Below are positions 24,233-32,000 of a DNA stretch of 32,000 nt, piece after piece. Within the stretch, counting starts at the first letter, position 1. Each line of letters opens with the position of its first letter. The stretch lies in assembly GCF_000025945.1 (NCBI RefSeq), contig NC_006138.1:2730001-2762000 (forward strand). Reading direction: 5' to 3'. Origin of the DNA: Desulfotalea psychrophila LSv54. Its GTDB lineage: Bacteria; Desulfobacterota; Desulfobulbia; Desulfobulbales; Desulfocapsaceae. Made by a program: the position numbers and the translations under genes. The notes beneath the pieces were generated by a model. That model had not been told where the DNA came from. It worked only from the letters and a program-made list of their open reading frames with translations, and made no database searches.

Positions 24233-25549
24233 ATGATAACTATGAAGAATATCCTAAAATTACGAGCCACAGGCCTTCTCCTCCTACTCCTTCTAATGAT
24301 CTCTGTCCTAGGCAATGGCATAGGACAGGCCATGGCAGCTGATCGTGTCTATCTTGACATAACTGCTCCCGAAACCAGAAAAATCAAAGTCGCAGTCCCC
24401 TGGTTCACCAACACAGGTGAGGGTGGTATGAAGGCAAGAATTGCCAAAGATATTGCCGACACCGTTGCCAAGGCACTAAAATTTCACGGCATTATATCTA
24501 TCATTCCTACCAGCGAATATAAGGGCAGGCAAACGGCTGATTGGGCAAAACTGGGGGCAGATTATGCTGTTTTGGGAAGCTACAAAATGTTTCCAAAAAA
24601 AATTAAACTGGAAATTCGCCTGCTTGATGTGGCCGAAAATAATATCATCCTCGGAAAATCCTATAAGGGTAGCATGAGCCAACAGAACCCAATGATCTTC
24701 AAGTTCTGCGATGCGGCCATCAAATCCCTTACAGGCACTGAAGGTATCGCCTCCAGCCGAATCGCCTTTGTCTCCTACGAAAAAAGGACCAAGGATGTCT
24801 TTATGACCGATATCCTCGGACGGCGAATACGCCAGGTAACCCGGCATAACAACCTTGTAGTCTCTCCCCGTTTCACCCGCGATGGCAACTTCTTAAGCTA
24901 CTCCTCCTACCATTCAGGCAGCCAAAAACTCTATATCACAGATTTACGTCAGGCAAAAATCACCAAATCTCTGTCAAGAAGAAAGGGAATGAACCTTGCC
25001 CCAACCTGGGCTCCCGATGGAAAATCCTGCATCCTTACCCTGTCAAAATATGGTGCCCCCGACCTCTTTCGCATCAACCAGCAGGGAAAGATTCTTGAGC
25101 AGCTCACCAGCAGGGCCGGGGTCAATGTATCGCCAACCTATTCCGCCGATGGCCGGCATATTGTCTTTGTTTCAGATAGAAGCGGCCGCCCGCAACTCTA
25201 CCTGATGGAGTTGGAGACAAAACAGACCAAACGTCTCACCTACGACGGACGAGAAAATGCAGAACCTAATTGGTCCCCTGTGGAAAACAAAATAGCCTAC
25301 TCAAGTCTGCGAGATGGCCTCTATCAAATATTTACCCTGGATCCTTTTAGCGCTGCACCCCCAAAACAGCTGACCTCAGACCTCACCCGTCATGAATCAC
25401 CGGTTTGGTCACCCGATGGCAATCAAATTTTGTTCACCCAATATGACGGTAGACGCCAACAGATATACGCTATAATGAAAAACGGTTCATACCAAAGAAG
25501 GGTCTTTTCTTTCCCAGGCAGCCAATCGTCAGCCCGCTGGGCAAGATAA
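24233..25549 (+). CDS. tolB: Tol-Pal system beta-propeller protein TolB
   Basis: Signal peptide, an N-terminal TolB domain, then repeated propeller blades (P.WAPDGK, SPTYSADGRHIVFVSDRSG.PQLY, PNWSPVENKIAYSS, PVWSPDGNQILF). Confidence 0.9.
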   Translation: MITMKNILKLRATGLLLLLLLMISVLGNGIGQAMAADRVYLDITAPETRKIKVAVPWFTNTGEGGMKARIAKDIADTVAKALKFHGIISIIPTSEYKGRQTADWAKLGADYAVLGSYKMFPKKIKLEIRLLDVAENNIILGKSYKGSMSQQNPMIFKFCDAAIKSLTGTEGIASSRIAFVSYEKRTKDVFMTDILGRRIRQVTRHNNLVVSPRFTRDGNFLSYSSYHSGSQKLYITDLRQAKITKSLSRRKGMNLAPTWAPDGKSCILTLSKYGAPDLFRINQQGKILEQLTSRAGVNVSPTYSADGRHIVFVSDRSGRPQLYLMELETKQTKRLTYDGRENAEPNWSPVENKIAYSSLRDGLYQIFTLDPFSAAPPKQLTSDLTRHESPVWSPDGNQILFTQYDGRRQQIYAIMKNGSYQRRVFSFPGSQSSARWAR

Positions 25550-25601
25550 TAATCCAAAAAACAATAAATAGTCTCTATCATTTACACATCGCTGGTGAGT
25601 T

Positions 25602-26642
25602 ATGAAAAAAAAGCTTCTTACAATGGCACTTTGTCTTGGTCTCGCTCCTCTCCTCTCCCAATGCGCATCTCAGGAGGAAGTACAGACTCTTCATTATCAA
25701 CTACGGGTTATGAATCAAAAGATTGAAAATATTAAGACGGAAAGCCAAAGACTAACCCAGAAAAACCAAGCTGCATCCAACTCACAGCTCGAACAACTTG
25801 ATCAAGAGATCATGATGCTGAAGAACCAGCTTAAGGCAACAAACGAGATTAATAATCGTTTAAAGCAACAAAACAAAGACTTTGAAAAAAACTTCTCCGC
25901 CCTTACCCGCCAAGAGGCAAAAAAACGGGAAAAGGCCATAGGGCAACTACGCCAGGATCAAGAGGTAAAAGAAAAACAGCTTGATTTCCTGAAGAAAAAA
26001 ATTGCCGAGCAGCAGGACAATGTTCACGCCATCCAACAGGCCAGATTACGAGATGCGAAACGCAAAGCGGCAAATGCCAAGAATAAGGCAGACATTCGCA
26101 GAGAGCAAAGAAAAAACATTGCCCAGACTGGCAAAAGTGGCTACATAAAGGCGGAAACCAAAAAGGTTATGAAACCGGTCAAGGACAGTAGCTTTGCCTT
26201 AAGGGAGCCTAGCAAGAGACAACAAAAGGTCACCTCTCAGCAAAAAACAGTAGCCCCGGATAAGGTCATCGCCCCAACCGGTGCAATTTTAATTGCCAAG
26301 GCAAACACTATTTTTAAAGAGAATAGACTGGCAGATGCCTACACAATGTTTGAGGAGATATCCCAGAGTAACTACGATAGCAAGATCACTGCCGAAGCTC
26401 TCTATATGATGGGAGAGTGTCGTTTTTATCAAAAAGATTATGAAGACGCCGTTGTTCGTTATCAGGACTTGATCCGCCAATACCCGGACACGCCCCTCAG
26501 TGCCTCCAGCCTGTTAAGACAGGGAAATTCCTTTGCCAAATCTTTGGACAAGGAAACGTCGAAAATGATTTATAAAAAAGTCATCGAAAAATATCCTGAT
26601 TCTTCCCAGGCAATAGCTGCTACAAAAGAACTTAACAAATAG
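25602..26642 (+). CDS. cpoB: CpoB/YbgF-like protein: signal peptide, long coiled coil, C-terminal TPR domain
   Basis: Signal peptide MKKKLLTMALCLGLAPLLSQCAS, then ~150 aa of Gln/Lys/Glu-rich coiled coil. The C-terminal TPR region matches the YbgF pattern (AEALYMMGECRFYQKDYEDAVVRYQDLIRQYPDTPLSASSLLRQGNSF...KKVIEKYPDSSQA). SD GGTGAG is present. Confidence 0.75.
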   Translation: MKKKLLTMALCLGLAPLLSQCASQEEVQTLHYQLRVMNQKIENIKTESQRLTQKNQAASNSQLEQLDQEIMMLKNQLKATNEINNRLKQQNKDFEKNFSALTRQEAKKREKAIGQLRQDQEVKEKQLDFLKKKIAEQQDNVHAIQQARLRDAKRKAANAKNKADIRREQRKNIAQTGKSGYIKAETKKVMKPVKDSSFALREPSKRQQKVTSQQKTVAPDKVIAPTGAILIAKANTIFKENRLADAYTMFEEISQSNYDSKITAEALYMMGECRFYQKDYEDAVVRYQDLIRQYPDTPLSASSLLRQGNSFAKSLDKETSKMIYKKVIEKYPDSSQAIAATKELNK

Positions 26643-26651
26643 AATAGATTT

Positions 26652-27380
26652 ATGAAAAAGATTCGCCTCGACCAACTTTTGCTCGAACTCAACCTTGCCC
26701 CGTCTCTTGAAAAGGCCCGGGCCTATATTGGTGCAGGCCAGGTACTGGTCAATGACGAACCCGCAGATAAGGCAGGAATGACCTATCCCTGTCAGAGCGC
26801 TGTTCGTCTTCGCAAAAAATGTCCCTATGTTTCCCGTGGGGGGTTTAAACTTGAGCAGGCCCTCAACTATTTCAGTATTGACCTTGCAGGAAAGGTCTGT
26901 GCTGATATTGGTGCATCCTCGGGAGGATTTACCGATTGTCTCCTCCAACACGATGTGGGCAAGGTCTTTGCCGTTGACGTTGCCTACGGCCAACTTGACT
27001 GGAAGATTCGCCAAGACGACCGAGTCGTGGTTCTGGAACGATTTAATGCCAGAAACCTCCTGCCCGAGAGTCTGGGAGAAGAGATCAACCTGGCTGTGAT
27101 GGATACCTCTTTTATCTCCATCACCAAACTCATCCCAGCCCTCCTGCCCCTCTTTGCTAAGGGATGCGTTGATATCATTGCCCTCATTAAACCTCAGTTT
27201 GAGCTGCCAAAGGGTCTCATTGGCAATGGGGTGGTAAGAGATCCTGCCCTCCATCAACAGGCCATCGACAAGATAAAAGATTTTGTGGCCGAGCTCGGCC
27301 TGCAAACTGCCGGCATTACCCCCTCCCCCATACTGGGGCCCAAGGGGAATAGAGAATTTCTCCTGCGCATTCTTTCATAA
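26652..27380 (+). CDS. tlyA: TlyA-family 16S/23S rRNA (cytidine-2'-O)-methyltransferase
   Basis: S4-like N-terminus (RLDQLLLELNLAPSLEKARAYIGAGQVLVN), then VSRGGFKLEQAL and the SAM motif DIGASSGGFTDCLL. Confidence 0.9.
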   Translation: MKKIRLDQLLLELNLAPSLEKARAYIGAGQVLVNDEPADKAGMTYPCQSAVRLRKKCPYVSRGGFKLEQALNYFSIDLAGKVCADIGASSGGFTDCLLQHDVGKVFAVDVAYGQLDWKIRQDDRVVVLERFNARNLLPESLGEEINLAVMDTSFISITKLIPALLPLFAKGCVDIIALIKPQFELPKGLIGNGVVRDPALHQQAIDKIKDFVAELGLQTAGITPSPILGPKGNREFLLRILS

Positions 27381-27389
27381 CCGACTAGC

Positions 27390-27425
27390 GAGGAGAGGAG
27401 ACACCGCCAAGGTATCCCTCTCCTC
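27390..27425 (+). repeat. long imperfect stem-loop after tlyA (GAGGAGAGG ... CCTCTCCTC)
   Basis: A perfect 9-bp inverted repeat (27390-27398 with 27417-27425) is extended by GACACC/GGTATC (5 of 6 paired) around loop GCCAA. No U-tract follows. Confidence 0.5.
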
Positions 27426-27452
27426 CCTTGCCTCCCACCTGATGAGCTGCCA

Positions 27453-28691
27453 ATGGATATTCAAATGCAAAGAACAAGTCACACCACCCCCGGGCCGGAG
27501 CTTGCCAATCGCCTGCAACGATTCCAAAAGAATCTACAAGAGATGCTCCCCCAGACCGAGGGTATGTTGGTCTTTTCCCGACTCAATATTTTTTATTATA
27601 CAGGTTCCTTTATCAACGGCGTCCTGTGGCTTCCTGTAGAGGGAGAGCCCATTCTCTTTTGTAAGCGTGGTCTGGAAAGGGCTCGGCAGGAATCTCCTCT
27701 GAAACAGATCCTGGCCATAAACAGCTATGGGGATATTGCCACCACCCTCAGGGATCTGGGTATCTGCCTCGCCCCTGAAATTGCCGCAGAGAAAAATGCC
27801 CTCTCCTGGAATTTGGCCCTCAGCCTGAAAAAACATTTTAGCGGTCACTCCTTTGTTACCGGTGATATGATCCTTATGCTGACCCGCTCAATTAAATCAG
27901 GATGGGAGCTTGCTATTCTTAAGGAGACAGGGGCGCGACATAACGATTGCCTGACCAATCTCCTTCCGCCTCTCTTGCAAAGTGGACTGAGTGAGTTTGA
28001 GATTGGTCGCATTGCCTCCGATATCTTTTTCTCCCGTGGCCATCAGGGCATCCTTCGCATGGAAAAATTTGGCGAAGAGATCTTCTTTGGCCATATTGCC
28101 GCAGGTAACAGTGCCAATTACCCCAGTGTCTACAATGGTCCCGTGGGCCTGACCGGCATACATCCGGCCACCCCCTTTATGGGATCTGCCGATATCCACT
28201 GGCAAAAGGGCAGTCCGCTCACCATTGACAATGGCTTCTGCCTGAACGGTTACCAGACAGACAAGACGCAGGTATACTGGTCCGGGGAGAGAAAAAGCAT
28301 CCCTGAGTCCGTACAGAGGGCCCATGATTTCTGCATCCATATCCAAGAGCTGATCAGAGACAATCTCCGCCCCGGCATCATCCCCCAGGAACTCTGGCAA
28401 AAATGCATGACAGAGGTGAAGAAGAGCCCATGGCAGGAAGGCTTCATGGCCCTTGGCAGCAACAAGGTCTCCTTTATTGGCCATGGTATAGGTCTTGCCA
28501 TCGATGAGTATCCAGTCATTGCCAAGGGCTTCGCCCGGCCCTTTGAAGAGGGCATGCTGATGGCAGTGGAGCCCAAGATAGGGATTGCCGAAGTCGGGAT
28601 GGTGGGAGTTGAAAACACCTTTATGGTCGGGCCAGCAGGCGGCAGATCCATAACAGGAACAGACAATGACATTATCTGTATAGAGAAGTAG
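27453..28691 (+). CDS. M24-family metallopeptidase (Xaa-Pro aminopeptidase / prolidase-like)
   Basis: Creatinase-like N-terminal domain plus a pita-bread C-terminal domain. Metal-ligand pattern seen: IDNGFCLNGYQTDKT, IGHGIGLAIDEYP, MAVEPKI, GVENTFMV. No clear SD, so the start is uncertain by a few codons. Confidence 0.85.
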   Translation: MDIQMQRTSHTTPGPELANRLQRFQKNLQEMLPQTEGMLVFSRLNIFYYTGSFINGVLWLPVEGEPILFCKRGLERARQESPLKQILAINSYGDIATTLRDLGICLAPEIAAEKNALSWNLALSLKKHFSGHSFVTGDMILMLTRSIKSGWELAILKETGARHNDCLTNLLPPLLQSGLSEFEIGRIASDIFFSRGHQGILRMEKFGEEIFFGHIAAGNSANYPSVYNGPVGLTGIHPATPFMGSADIHWQKGSPLTIDNGFCLNGYQTDKTQVYWSGERKSIPESVQRAHDFCIHIQELIRDNLRPGIIPQELWQKCMTEVKKSPWQEGFMALGSNKVSFIGHGIGLAIDEYPVIAKGFARPFEEGMLMAVEPKIGIAEVGMVGVENTFMVGPAGGRSITGTDNDIICIEK

Positions 28692-28765
28692 TCCGCCACG
28701 GCGCCAATGGTATGCCGGAATTGTGCAGCACTTAACATTTTAGAGAAAATCGACAGGGAAGAGAT

Positions 28766-30208
28766 ATGGGCATAGACATTGGACATTTTTTAACAGAGGT
28801 AAAAAAGGCCACAAGAGGGCAGGCTCTGCCGGTAGTGGATCTTATTGCCGTACAGACAGAGGATCCCTTTAAGGTACTGGTGGCAACAATTCTCTCGGCC
28901 CGCACCAAGGACGAAACCACGGCGGCGTCCTCCAAGAGACTCTTTGCCCGAGCGCAAACCGCAGAGGAACTGACAGAGCTGAGCGAAGAAGAGCTACAAA
29001 AGCTTATCTACCCCGTAGGTTTTTATAAGAACAAGGCCGGTTATCTGAAAAAACTCCCTGAAGCCCTGAAGGAATTTAAGGGTGTCGTACCCGAGACAAT
29101 GACAGAGCTACTGCGCCTGCCCGGAGTCGGGAGAAAGACGGCAAACCTGGTCCTCAGTATCGCCTTTAAAAAGCCCGCCATCTGTGTCGACACCCACGTT
29201 CACCGAATCATGAACATCTGGGGCTATGTGGAAACTGCGACCCCCCTGAAAACAGAGATGGCCCTGCGAGAAAAACTGCCCGAGGAGTTCTGGATTCCGG
29301 TGAACTCCCTATTGGTCTCCCTCGGCCAATCTATCTGCCGACCAGTCTCACCACGTTGCAGTGAGTGCCCTCTGGAAAAGGAATGTCCACAACTAGGGAT
29401 AACCCCACGTAAAGCCACCCTTAAGGCGAAAAAAAACACCCCAAGCTATCGCTATATATCCTGGAACGTCAACGGCATCCGGGCGGTTGAGAAGAAGGGT
29501 TTTATCGATATTGTCCAAGAACTGAATCCCGATGTCATTGGCCTGCAGGAGACCAAGGCCCAGCCAGAACAGCTCTCGGAGAGCCTAAAAAACATCCCCG
29601 GCTATACCTCATACTGGTACAGCGCCCAGCGCAAAGGATATTCAGGGGTGGCCTTCTACAGTAAGCATGAACCCCTGCAGGTAATATACGGTATTGGCGC
29701 AGAAGAGTTTGACTGCGAGGGACGAGTTATCACCCTGGAATTTGCCGATCACTATCTGGCCACCATCTACTTCCCCAACAGTGCCGACCAACTGAAGCGA
29801 CTCGACTATAAGCTACGCTTTAACAGGGCCCTGTTGGCCTTCTTCCAGAAATTAGAGAAGGAGAAGGCGGTTATTCTCTGTGGCGATTTTAATGTTGCCC
29901 ACAAAGAGATTGATCTGAAAAACCCCAAGAGCAATGTGAAGAATGCTGGCTTTACCCCGGAAGAACGGGCCTGGATGGATGAGTTTTTAGAGGCAGGCTA
30001 TACAGACACCTTTCGCCTCTTTAACCAGGACCCTGAAAACTATAGCTGGTGGAGTTATCGATTTAGTGCCAGAAGCAAGAATATAGGCTGGCGTATCGAC
30101 TATTTCTGTGTCTCTGAAAATGGCCAAAAACGAATTGTTAATGCAGAGATCCTCCCCGAGGTCATGGGCTCTGACCACTGCCCCGTCCTCCTCGATTTTA
30201 AGCAGTAG
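28766..30208 (+). CDS. bifunctional fusion: endonuclease III (Nth, HhH-GPD with 4Fe-4S) N-terminal and exodeoxyribonuclease III (Xth/ExoA AP endonuclease) C-terminal
   Basis: One uninterrupted 480-aa ORF. Nth part: LPGVGRKTANLV (catalytic Lys), VDTHVHR (Asp) and CRPVSPRCSECPLEKEC (C-x6-C-x2-C-x5-C). A ~15-aa basic linker follows. Xth part begins YRYISWNVNGIRA, with GLQETK, GDFNVAH, WWSYR and a terminal SDHCPV. Confidence 0.9.
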   Translation: MGIDIGHFLTEVKKATRGQALPVVDLIAVQTEDPFKVLVATILSARTKDETTAASSKRLFARAQTAEELTELSEEELQKLIYPVGFYKNKAGYLKKLPEALKEFKGVVPETMTELLRLPGVGRKTANLVLSIAFKKPAICVDTHVHRIMNIWGYVETATPLKTEMALREKLPEEFWIPVNSLLVSLGQSICRPVSPRCSECPLEKECPQLGITPRKATLKAKKNTPSYRYISWNVNGIRAVEKKGFIDIVQELNPDVIGLQETKAQPEQLSESLKNIPGYTSYWYSAQRKGYSGVAFYSKHEPLQVIYGIGAEEFDCEGRVITLEFADHYLATIYFPNSADQLKRLDYKLRFNRALLAFFQKLEKEKAVILCGDFNVAHKEIDLKNPKSNVKNAGFTPEERAWMDEFLEAGYTDTFRLFNQDPENYSWWSYRFSARSKNIGWRIDYFCVSENGQKRIVNAEILPEVMGSDHCPVLLDFKQ

Positions 30209-30704
30209 GGTCATGCAGGCGGGCAAGCACCTGCTCTTTCAGCTGTGGGGGAAAGCAAGTGTCCCAACAGCTGTACTATGGCCTGTTTATCGAGATAGAG
30301 AGCCCCTCTGGGTAACAGAGAGAAGGTGCAGAGATAGCTGTTGGGCCCCTAAAATTGACGAGACATACTTAAAAGCGGCATAAGTGACCTTTACACTCAA
30401 CAAGGGTTCCTACCGTTTCGTCTCATCTCTTAATAAAAACTCTGCGAAGAGTATCCAAACAGGATGAACTCTTTTTTCGTGCACCCGTAACACCTTTTCG
30501 CTTTTTCCAAGCTATTTTAGCAATTTGCATAGGACTAATATCAACTTTCGGTAAAAAACCATCAAGAGCACATAAACCACGATAACACTCCTCAAATAGG
30601 ATACATGACCAGTGGTGAAATTCTCTTTTTTGCAAAATATTGCAGCTGACATCGTCTTTACAGTATACGAGTTAAGCTGCTTATGATTTAAGGGAGAAAA
30701 AAAG

Positions 30705-32000
30705 ATGAATAAACAAAAAGAATCCAGCACCAGGTCACAAAACAATAAAGCACCAGTAAAAAGAAAAACACACAGAAGAAAATCGCGTTCATCACGTCAC
30801 AAAAGCCCATTTTTTTTATTTTTGACCCTGTTAATAGCTTTTGCAGGCATATCAACCGCTGTTTTTTTTATACGCCCTATAGATCTTTTTAGCCGATATA
30901 TTGCACTCACTGACACGATAGAAATGGTTTTGACAGAAAAGTATAACATTCTGCAAACAAATGGTTTTTTAGCAAATACAGGAGATGATCTCAATGCAAA
31001 AAACTTTTTACATCGTTTACAAGAAAGGGGTTATACCAGGGTCAATCATCACCCAAAAATGGCTGGCACGTTTAACATTGAGGGAAATATTCTTTACCTC
31101 TACACCCATGCCAACCAAGGCCTAAGCTCTGGAAAACGCTATAAGTTCACTCTGCAAAAGTCCATACTTACATCTATCTCTTCAGCTGCTGACAGTACCC
31201 TTCTTGAATCCCTAGCCTTCCCCCCTTTAAATTTAACATACTTTATAGATTCGGTGTGGGAGATCAGAACCCCAGTCTCATATGATGAAATTCCAGAAGA
31301 TCTGATCAATGCAGTCATCGCCACAGAAGATCAGAGCTTCTTCTCTCACTATGGTGTGGACGTAAAAGGTATTATAAGAGCCACTCTATCAAATCTGCAA
31401 GCTGGCAGAGTTGTTCAAGGTGGGAGCACCATTACCCAGCAACTCGTCAAGGTGCTCAGTAAAAATGATGAACGAAGCCTGTCACGTAAGCTTCGTGAAG
31501 CCATTCTTGCCCTTATGGTTGATTATCAATATTCTAAACAAGAAATCCTCACTGCATATTTAAATAATGTCTATCTGGGGCATGCCTCACCATTCGAACT
31601 CCGTGGTATTGCAGCAGCTTCTGACTATATTCTTGGTAAGGATCTTAAAAATCTCAACCTCAAAGAATGTGCTATCATAGCGGGATTAATACGTTCACCA
31701 AATTCAGCATCCCCATTGCGTAACCACAGCTTTGCCGCCCAACGAACTCAGACTGTCTTAAACCAGATGGCAAATATGGGAGACAGTCTTGCTGCTGAAA
31801 CCCAAGTGAAAGACAAACTTATTCGTATTAAACATAAAAGCATTCTGCATAAAATGAGTTGGTATTTTGACCAGATTGCTAAAGAAATAAAATTACGAAA
31901 ACTTGATACCAGCGACCATACCAGACACCTTACAATCCAGACACCGCTTGATCCCTGGATGCAGATCAGTGCCACCAAAGTGCTCAAACAACAACTGAAC
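30705..32000 (+). CDS. mrcB: class A penicillin-binding protein, PBP1B-like (5' part; runs off window end)
   Basis: My own translation from ATG 30705 (AGGGAG SD 8 nt upstream) gives 432 codons open to the window edge. It has a basic cytoplasmic tail, a TM (FFLFLTLLIAFAGISTAVFFI), a ~150-aa insert and then GT51 motifs (ATEDQSFFSHYGVD, QGGSTITQQLVK, RKLREAILAL). It is absent from the ORF track because there is no stop codon in the window. Confidence 0.85.
   Translation, partial: MNKQKESSTRSQNNKAPVKRKTHRRKSRSSRHKSPFFLFLTLLIAFAGISTAVFFIRPIDLFSRYIALTDTIEMVLTEKYNILQTNGFLANTGDDLNAKNFLHRLQERGYTRVNHHPKMAGTFNIEGNILYLYTHANQGLSSGKRYKFTLQKSILTSISSAADSTLLESLAFPPLNLTYFIDSVWEIRTPVSYDEIPEDLINAVIATEDQSFFSHYGVDVKGIIRATLSNLQAGRVVQGGSTITQQLVKVLSKNDERSLSRKLREAILALMVDYQYSKQEILTAYLNNVYLGHASPFELRGIAAASDYILGKDLKNLNLKECAIIAGLIRSPNSASPLRNHSFAAQRTQTVLNQMANMGDSLAAETQVKDKLIRIKHKSILHKMSWYFDQIAKEIKLRKLDTSDHTRHLTIQTPLDPWMQISATKVLKQQLN

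Noticed and set aside
26514-27305. 263-aa minus-strand ORF
   Set aside because: It lies entirely antisense to the well-supported tlyA gene and the cpoB 3' end. Its sequence is low-complexity with no recognisable motif, so it looks like a shadow ORF.
27897-28786. Two overlapping minus-strand ORFs (195 aa and 178 aa)
   Set aside because: Both are antisense shadows of the M24 peptidase gene. The plus-strand product has the full metal-ligand pattern.
30423-30635. 70-aa minus-strand ORF (TTG start) in the long gap before the PBP gene
   Set aside because: It has a basic low-complexity C-terminus, no SD and no motif, and it is opposite in orientation to both neighbours. I treat it as non-coding or at most a gene remnant.
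1-32000. Scan for tRNA/rRNA genes, CRISPR repeats, IS elements, integrases or phage and defence genes
   Set aside because: I saw no T-loop-type GGTTCGAATCC-like motifs in a tRNA context, no regularly spaced direct repeats, and no transposase, integrase, restriction or toxin-antitoxin-like ORFs. The window looks like core chromosome. This was an eye scan, not a computation.

Overview
This looks like ordinary chromosome rather than a mobile element, from a Gram-negative and probably anaerobic bacterium. A Desulfobacterota-like origin is only a guess from the protein content. GC looks moderate by eye and was not computed. I support about 27 protein genes. I found no rRNA, tRNA, CRISPR array, transposase or integrase by eye.

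Left third, mostly minus strand:
- hybrid sensor kinase with a periplasmic CxxCH (c-type haem) sensor domain
- RimB-like protease fused to RimK
- SLOG / 'molybdenum-carrier'-like protein
- candidate 37-aa hydrophobic ORF followed by a strong terminator
- YhcH-family protein and Mog
- stand-alone EF-G paralogue whose G3 motif is DAPGD instead of DTPGH
- MurJ, a phasin-like protein and Dus
- 760-aa helical-repeat / degenerate-cNMP / PilZ protein

Middle:
- SH3b anchor protein
- compact FAS-like cassette: KAS, ACP, two tandem CrtI-family flavoenzymes, FabG, FabZ. It has no enoyl reductase, acyltransferase or thioesterase.

Right:
- tolQ, tolR (split by a 1-nt frameshift), tolA, tolB and cpoB, with no pal
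- tlyA and an M24 peptidase
- a single ORF fusing endonuclease III to exonuclease III
- after a 496-nt gap, the 5' part of a PBP1B-like gene that runs off the window. It is missing from the ORF track because it has no stop codon.

My best candidate for an undescribed system is the ACP-dependent cassette with the two CrtI-like flavoenzymes. The Nth::Xth fusion, the His-less EF-G paralogue and the PilZ protein are the next most interesting. All family calls come from reading motifs by eye. No database search was possible.
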